From NCBI GenBank assembly GCA_964057225.1, contig OZ059900.1:5208001-5272000 (forward strand): a stretch of DNA of 64,000 nucleotides. Direction: 5' to 3'. Positions 55,274-64,000 of the stretch are shown here, piece after piece. This DNA comes from Auanema rhodensis (lineage: Eukaryota; Animalia; Nematoda). The translations under genes and the position numbers were made by a program. The notes beneath the pieces were generated by a model. That model made no database searches, had not been told where the DNA came from, and saw nothing but the letters and a program-made list of their open reading frames with translations. Each line of letters begins with the position of its first letter. Position 1 is the first letter of the stretch.

Positions 55274-58200
55274 ATGCATGGTAGCCAGGACTTCCAATTT
55301 TATGTGAACAGTTAACTATACCACCTAAGTATCCGAAGAAAGTGATCTTGATTTGTAACTCGGAGCCCGGTAAAGATAGAAGAATACTGTACATTTTGAT
55401 GAACTCTCCATGGCCATATTAGACTAAAAACACTATCTTATTGTGTTTGATGCATGGTAGCCAGGACTTCCAATTTTATGTGAACAGTTAACTATACCAC
55501 CTAAGTATCCGAAGAAAGTGATCTTGATTTGTAACTCGGTGCCCGGTAAAGATAGAAGAATACTGTACATTTTGATGAACTCTCCATGGCCATATTAGAC
55601 TAAAAACACTATCTTATTGTGTTTGATGCATGGTAGCCAGGACTTCCAATTTTATGTGAACAGTTAACTATACCACCTAAGTATCCGAAGAAAGTGATCT
55701 TGATTTGTAACTTGGTGCCCGGTAAAGATAGAAAAATACTGTACATTTTAATGAATTCTCCATGGTCATATTAGTCTAAAAACACTATCTTATTGTGTTT
55801 GATGCATGGTAACCAAGACTTCCAATTTTATGTGAACAGTTAACTATACCACCTAAGTATCCGAAGAAAGTGATCTTGATTTGTAACTCGGTGCCCGGTA
55901 AAGATAGAAGAATACTGTACATTTTGATGAACTCTCCATGGCCATATTAGACTAAAAACACTATCTTATTGTGTTTGATGCATGGTAGCCAGGACTTCCA
56001 ATTTTATGTGAACAGTTAACTATACCACCTAAGTATCCGAAGAAAGTGATCTTGATTTGTAACTCGGTGCCCGGTAAAGATAGAAGAATACTGTACATTT
56101 TGATGAACTCTCCATGGCCATATTAGACTAAAAACACTATCTTATTGTGTTTGATGCATGGTAGCCAGGACTTCCAATTTTATGTGAACAGTTAACTATA
56201 CCACCTAAGTATCCGAAGAAAGTGATCTTGATTTGTAACTTGGTGCCCGGTAAAGATAGAAAAATACTGTACATTTTAATGAATTCTCCATGGTCATATT
56301 AGTCTAAAAACACTATCTTATTGTGTTTGATGCATGGTAACCAAGACTTCCAATTTTATGTGAACAGTTAACTATACCACCTAAGTATCCGAAGAAAGTG
56401 ATCTTGATTTGTAACTCGGTGCCCGGTAAAGATAGAAGAATACTGTACATTTTGATGAACTCTCCATGGCCATATTAGACTAAAAACACTATCTTATTGT
56501 GTTTGATGCATGGTAGCCAGGACTTCCAATTTTATGTGAACAGTTAACTATACCACCTAAGTATCCGAAGAAAGTGATCTTGATTTGTAACTCGGTGCCC
56601 GGTAAAGATAGAAGAATACTGTACATTTTGATGAACTCTCCATGGCCATATTAGACTAAAAACACTATCTTATTGTGTTTGATGCATGGTAGCCAGGACT
56701 TCCAATTTTATGTGAACAGTTAACTATACCACCTAAGTATCCGAAGAAAGTGATCTTGATTTGTAACTCGGTGCCCGTTAAAGATAGAAGAATACTGTAC
56801 ATTTTGATGAACTCTCCATGGCCATATTAGTCTAAAAACACTATCTTATTGTGTTTGATGCATGGTAGCCAGGACTTCCAATTTTATGTGAAGAGTTAAC
56901 TATACCACCTAAGTATCCGAAGAAAGTGATCTTGATTTGTAACTCGGTGCCCGGTAAAGATAGAAGAATACTGTACATTTTGATTAACTCTCCATGGCCA
57001 TATTAGACTAAAAACACTATCTTATTGTGTTTGATGCATGGTAGCCAGGACTTCCAATTTTATGTGAACAGTTAACTATACCACCTAAGTATCCGAAGAA
57101 AGTGATCTTGATTTGTAACTCGGTGCCCGGTAAAGATAGAAGAATACTGTACATTTTGATGAACTCTCCATGGCCATATTAGACTAAAAACACTATCTTA
57201 TTGTGTTTGATGCATGGTAGCCAGGACTTCCAATTTTATGTGAACAGTTAACTATACCACCTAAGTATCCGAAGAAAGTGATCTTGATTTGTAACTCGGT
57301 GCCCGGTAAAGATAGAAGAATACTGTACATTTTGATGAACTCTCCATGGCCATATTAGACTAAAAACACTATCTTATTGTGTTTGATGCATGGTAGCCAG
57401 GACTTCCAATATTATGTGAACAGTTAACTATACCACCTAAGTATCCGAAGAAAGTGATCTTGATTTGTAACTCGGTGCCCGTTAAAGATAGAAGAATACT
57501 GTACATTTTGATAAACTCTCCATGGCCATATTAGACTAAAAACACTATCTTATTGTGTTTGATGCATGGTAGCCAGGACTTCCAATTTTATGTGAACAGT
57601 TAACTATACCACCTAAGTATCCGAAGAAAGTGATCTTGATTTGTAACTCGGTGCCCGGTAAAGATAGAAGAATACTGTACATTTTGATGAACTCTCCATG
57701 GCCATATTAGACTAAAAACACTATCTTATTGTGTTTGATGCATGGTAGCCAGGACTTCCAATTTTATGTGAACAGTTAACTATACCACCTAAGTATCCGA
57801 AGAAAGTGATCTTGATTTGTAACTTGGTGCCCGGTAAAGATAGAAAAATACTGTACATTTTAATGAATTCTCCATGGTCATATTAGTCTAAAAACACTAT
57901 CTTATTGTGTTTGATGCATGGTAACCAAGACTTCCAATTTTATGTGAACAGTTAACTATACCACCTAAGTATCCGAAGAAAGTGATCTTGATTTGTAACT
58001 CGGTGCCCGGTAAAGATAGAAGAATACTGTACATTTTGATGAACTCTCCATGGCCATATTAGACTAAAAACACTATCTTATTGTGTTTGATGCATGGTAG
58101 CCAGGACTTCCAATTTTATGTGAACAGTTAACTATACCACCTAAGTATCCGAAGAAAGTGATCTTGATTTGTAACTCGGTGCCCGGTAAAGATAGAAGAA

Positions 58201-61200
58201 TACTGTACATTTTGATGAACTCTCCATGGCCATATTAGACTAAAAACACTATCTTATTGTGTTTGATGCATGGTAGCCAGGACTTCCAATTTTATGTGAA
58301 CAGTTAACTATACCACCTAAGTATCCGAAGAAAGTGATCTTGATTTGTAACTTGGTGCCCGGTAAAGATAGAAAAATACTGTACATTTTAATGAATTCTC
58401 CATGGTCATATTAGTCTAAAAACACTATCTTATTGTGTTTGATGCATGGTAGCCAGGACTTCCAATTTTATGTGAACAGTTAACTATACCACCTAAGTAT
58501 CCGAAGAAAGTGATCTTGATTTGTAACTCGGTGCCCGGTAAAGATAGAAGAATACTGTACATTTTAATGAATTCTCCATGGTCATATTAGTCTAAAAACA
58601 CTATCTTATTGTGTTTGATGCATGGTAACCAAGACTTCCAATTTTATGTGAACAGTTAACTATACCACCTAAGTATCCGAAGAAAGTGATCTTGATTTGT
58701 AACTCGGTGCCCGGTAAAGATAGAAGAATACTGTACATTTTGATGAACTCTCCATGGCCATATTAGACTAAAAACACTATCTTATTGTGTTTGATGCATG
58801 GTAGCCAGGACTTCCAATTTTATGTGAACAGTTAACTATACCACCTAAGTATCCGAAGAAAGTGATCTTGATTTGTAACTCGGTGCCCGGTAAAGATAGA
58901 AGAATACTGTACATTTTGATGAACTCTCCATGGCCATATTAGACTAAAAACACTATCTTATTGTGTTTGATGCATGGTAGCCAGGACTTCCAATTTTATG
59001 TGAACAGTTAACTATACCACCTAAGTATCCGAAGAAAGTGATCTTGATTTGTAACTTGGTGCCCGGTAAAGATAGAAAAATACTGTACATTTTAATGAAT
59101 TCTCCATGGTCATATTAGTCTAAAAACACTATCTTATTGTGTTTGATGCATGGTAACCAAGACTTCCAATTTTATGTGAACAGTTAACTATACCACCTAA
59201 GTATCCGAAGAAAGTGATCTTGATTTGTAACTCGGTGCCCGGTAAAGATAGAAGAATACTGTACATTTTGATGAACTCTCCATGGCCATATTAGACTAAA
59301 AACACTATCTTATTGTGTTTGATGCATGGTAGCCAGGACTTCCAATTTTATGTGAACAGTTAACTATACCACCTAAGTATCCGAAGAAAGTGATCTTGAT
59401 TTGTAACTCGGTGCCCGGTAAAGATAGAAGAATACTGTACATTTTGATGAACTCTCCATGGCCATATTAGACTAAAAACACTATCTTATTGTGTTTGATG
59501 CATGGTAGCCAGGACTTCCAATTTTATGTGAACAGTTAACTATACCACCTAAGTATCCGAAGAAAGTGATCTTGATTTGTAACTCGGTGCCCGGTAAAGA
59601 TAGAAGAATACTGTACATTTTGATGAACTCTCCATGGCCATATTAGACTAAAAACACTATCTTATTGTGTTTGATGCATGGTAGCCAGGACTTCCAATTT
59701 TATGTGAACAGTTAACTATACCACCTAAGTATCCGAAGAAAGTGATCTTGATTTGTAACTCGGTGCCCGGTAAAGATAGAAGAATACTGTACATTTTGAT
59801 GAACTCTCCATGGCCATATTAGACTAAAAACACTATCTTATTGTGTTTGATGCATGGTAGCCAGGACTTCCAATTTTATGTGAACAGTTAACTATACCAC
59901 CTAAGTATCCGAAGAAAGTGATCTTGATTTGTAACTCGGTGCCCGGTAAAGATAGAAGAATACTGTACATTTTGATGAACTCTCCATGGCCATATTAGAC
60001 TAAAAACACTATCTTATTGTGTTTGATGCATGGTAGCCAGGACTTCCAATTTTATGTGAACAGTTAACTATACCACCTAAGTATCCGAAGAAAGTGATCT
60101 TGATTTGTAACTCGGTGCCCGGTAAAGATAGAAGAATACTGTACATTTTGATGAACTCTCCATGGCCATATTAGACTAAAAACACTATCTTATTGTGTTT
60201 GATGCATGGTAGCCAGGACTTCCAATTTTATGTGAACAGTTAACTATACCACCTAAGTATCCGAAGAAAGTGATCTTGATTTGTAACTCGGTGCCCGGTA
60301 AAGATAGAAGAATACTGTACATTTTGATGAACTCTCCATGGCCATATTAGACTAAAAACACTATCTTATTGTGTTTGATGCATGGTAGCCAGGACTTCCA
60401 ATTTTATGTGAACAGTTAACTATACCACCTAAGTATCCGAAGAAAGTGATCTTGATTTGTAACTCGGTGCCCGTTAAAGATAGAAGAATACTGTACATTT
60501 CAATGAATTCTCCATGGCCATATTAGTCTAAAAACACTATCTTATTGTGTTTGATGCATGGTAACCAAGACTTCCAATTTTATGTGAAGAGTTAACTATA
60601 CCACCTAAGTATCCGAAGAAAGTGATCTTGATTTGTAACTCGGTGCCCGTTAAAGATAGAAGAATACTGTACATTTTAATGAATTCTCCATGGCCATATT
60701 AGACTAAAAACACTATCTTATTGTGTTTGATGCATGGTAGCCAGGACTTCCAATTTTATGTGAACAGTTAACTATACCACCTAAGTATCCGAAGAAAGTG
60801 ATCTTGATTTGTAACTCGGTGCCCGGTAAAGATAGAAGAATACTGTACATTTTGATGAACTTTCCATGGCCATATTAGACTAAAAACACTATCTTATTGT
60901 GTTTGATGCATGGTAGCCAGGACTTCCAATTTTATGTGAACAGTTAACTATACCACCTAAGTATCCGAAGAAAGTGATCTTGATTTGTAACTCGGTGCCC
61001 GGTAAAGATAGAAGAATACTGTACATTTTGATGAACTCTCCATGGCCATATTAGACTAAAAACACTATCTTATTGTGTTTGATGCATGGTAGCCAGGACT
61101 TCCAATTTTATGTGAACAGTTAACTATACCACCTAAGTATCCGAAGAAAGTGATCTTGATTTGTAACTCGGTGCCCGGTAAAGATAGAAGAATACTGTAC

Positions 61201-64000
61201 ATTTTGATGAACTCTCCATGGCCATATTAGACTAAAAACACTATCTTATTGTGTTTGATGCATGGTAGCCAGGACTTCCAATTTTATGTGAACAGTTAAC
61301 TATACCACCTAAGTATCCGAAGAAAGTGATCTTGATTTGTAACTCGGTGCCCGGTAAAGATAGAAGAATACTGTACATTTTAATGAATTCTCCATGGTCA
61401 TATTAGACTAAAAACACTATCTTATTGTGTTTGATGCATGGTAGCCAGGACTTCCAATTTTATGTGAACAGTTAACTATACCACCTAAGTATCCGAAGAA
61501 AGTGATCTTGATTTGTAACTCGGTGCCCGGTAAAGATAGAAGAATACTGTACATTTTAATGAATTCTCCATGGTCATATTAGACTAAAAACACTATCTTA
61601 TTGTGTTTGATGCATGGTAGCCAGGACTTCCAATTTTATGTGAACAGTTAACTATACCACCTAAGTATCCGAAGAAAGTGATCTTGATTTGTAACTCGGT
61701 GCCCGGTAAAGATAGAAGAATACTGTACATTTTGATGAACTCTCCATGGCCATATTAGACTAAAAACACTATCTTATTGTGTTTGATGCATGGTAGCCAG
61801 GACTTCCAATTTTATGTGAACAGTTAACTATACCACCTAAGTATCCGAAGAAAGTGATCTTGATTTGTAACTCGGTGCCCGGTAAAGATAGAAGAATACT
61901 GTACATTTTAATGAATTCTCCATGGTCATATTAGACTAAAAACACTATCTTATTGTGTTTGATGCATGGTAGCCAGGACTTCCAATTTTATGTGAACAGT
62001 TAACTATACCACCTAAGTATCCGAAGAAAGTGATCTTGATTTGTAACTCGGTGCCCGGTAAAGATAGAAGAATACTGTACATTTTAATGAATTCTCCATG
62101 GTCATATTAGTCTAAAAACACTATCTTATTGTGTTTGATGCATGGTAGCCAGGACTTCCAATTTTATGTGAACAGTTAACTATACCACCTAAGTATCCGA
62201 AGAAAGTGATCTTGATTTGTAACTCGGTGCCCGTTAAAGATAGAAGAATACTGTACATTTTAATGAATTCTCCATGGTCATATTAGTCTAAAAACACTAT
62301 CTTATTGTGTTTGATGCATGGTAGCCAGGACTTCCAATTTTATGTGAACAGTTAACTATACCACCTAAGTATCCGAAGAAAGTGATCTTGATTTGTAACT
62401 CGGTGCCCGGTAAAGATAGAAGAATACTGTACATTTTAATGAATTCTCCATGGCCATATTAGACTAAAAACACTATCTTATTGTGTTTGATGCATGGTAG
62501 CCAGGACTTCCAATTTTATGTGAACAGTTAACTATACCACCTAAGTATCCGAAGAAAGTGATCTTGATTTGTAACTCGGTGCCCGGTAAAGATAGAAGAA
62601 TACTGTACATTTTAATGAATTCTCCATGGCCATATTAGACTAAAAACACTATCTTATTGTGTTTGATGCATGGTAGCCAGGACTTCCAATTTTATGTGAA
62701 CAGTTAACTATACCACCTAAGTATCCGAAGAAAGTGATCTTGATTTGTAACTCGGTGCCCGTTAAAGATAGAAGAATACTGTACATTTTAATGAATTCTC
62801 CATGGCCATATTAGACTAAAAACACTATCTTATTGTGTTTGATGCATGGTAGCCAGGACTTCCAATTTTATGTGAACAGTTAACTATACCACCTAAGTAT
62901 CCGAAGAAAGTGATCTTGATTTGTAACTCGGTGCCCGGTAAAGATAGAAGAATACTGTACATTTTAATGAATTCTCCATGGCCATATTAGACTAAAAACA
63001 CTATCTTATTGTGTTTGATGCATGGTAGCCAGGACTTCCAATTTTATGTGAACAGTTAACTATACCACCTAAGTATCCGAAGAAAGTGATCTTGATTTGT
63101 AACTCGGTGCCCGTTAAAGATAGAAGAATACTGTACATTTTAATGAATTCTCCATGGCCATATTAGACTAAAAACACTATCTTATTGTGTTTGATGCATG
63201 GTAGCCAGGACTTCCAATTTTATGTGAACAGTTAACTATACCACCTAAGTATCCGAAGAAAGTGATCTTGATTTGTAACTCGGTGCCCGGTAAAGATAGA
63301 AGAATACTGTACATTTTAATGAATTCTCCATGGCCATATTAGACTAAAAACACTATCTTATTGTGTTTGATGCATGGTAGCCAGGACTTCCAATTTTATG
63401 TGAACAGTTAACTATACCACCTAAGTATCCGAAGAAAGTGATCTTGATTTGTAACTCGGTGCCCGGTAAAGATAGAAGAATACTGTACATTTTAATGAAT
63501 TCTCCATGGCCATATTAGACTAAAAACACTATCTTATTGTGTTTGATGCATGGTAGCCAGGACTTCCAATTTTATGTGAACAGTTAACTATACCACCTAA
63601 GTATCCGAAGAAAGTGATCTTGATTTGTAACTCGGTGCCCGGTAAAGATAGAAGAATACTGTACATTTTAATGAATTCTCCATGGCCATATTAGACTAAA
63701 AACACTATCTTATTGTGTTTGATGCATGGTAGCCAGGACTTCCAATTTTATGTGAACAGTTAACTATACCACCTAAGTATCCGAAGAAAGTGATCTTGAT
63801 TTGTAACTCGGTGCCCGGTAAAGATAGAAGAATACTGTACATTTTAAAGAATTCTCCATGGTCATATTAGACTAAAAACACTATCTTATTGTGTTTGATG
63901 CATGGTAGCCAGGACTTCCAATTTTATGTGAACAGTTAACTATACCACCTAAGTATCCGAAGAAAGTGATCTTGATTTGTAACTCGGTGCCCGGTAAAGA

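Larger units (their letters stand above)
185..64000. repeat. 176-bp tandem satellite array, ~362.6 monomers; consensus ATGCATGGTAGCCAGGACTTCCAATTTTATGTGAACAGTTAACTATACCACCTAAGTATCCGAAGAAAGTGATCTTGATTTGTAACTCGGTGCCCGGTAAAGATAGAAGAATACTGTACATTTTGATGAACTCTCCATGGCCATATTAGACTAAAAACACTATCTTATTGTGTTTG
   Basis: ATGCATGGTA recurs at 185, 361, 537 ... (185+176k) up to 47705 and at 185+176k+1 afterwards (last start 63898). Monomers differ by only a few substitutions, and the array continues past the window end. Confidence 0.99.

Noticed and set aside
185-64000. CRISPR array
   Set aside because: There are no unique spacers; the whole 176-bp unit repeats, and no cas genes are present.
185-64000. Long repetitive protein-coding gene
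   Set aside because: 176 is not a multiple of 3 and stops recur in every monomer on both strands; the longest open stretch is 53 codons.
185-64000. A known ~170-180-bp centromeric satellite (Arabidopsis CEN178, Brassica CentBr, primate alpha satellite) or a 5S/SL1 array
   Set aside because: Only the length is similar. I recognise none of their diagnostic sequences, no CENP-B box, no 5S rRNA and no SL1 leader.

Overview
The window is almost entirely (185-64000) one head-to-tail tandem array of a 176-bp AT-rich satellite: 362 full monomers plus 103 bp, still open at the right edge. It has one orientation, no insertions and a single net indel (~47786). The monomers are built from two haplotypes (A, G/C-rich; B, A/T-shifted) and their recombinants, arranged in nested local duplications of 5, 10, 14, 15 and 23 monomers and in cassettes that recur tens of kb apart. 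The only non-satellite DNA is the first 184 bp, and it is the most informative part. It holds two degenerate copies, 171 bp apart, of the 5' end of an 18S rRNA gene with a rhabditid-nematode-like signature (TGATTGAxTCTGTCAGCGC...GATTAAGCCATGCATG). The second copy runs into the satellite through a shared 7-bp ATGCATG. The window therefore looks like a junction between an rDNA-derived segment (possibly its own ~171-bp repeat) and a young, homogeneous, nucleosome-length satellite, probably from a clade V nematode. I found no supportable protein-coding gene, tRNA, CRISPR array or transposon. All rRNA comparisons are from memory, not from a database search.
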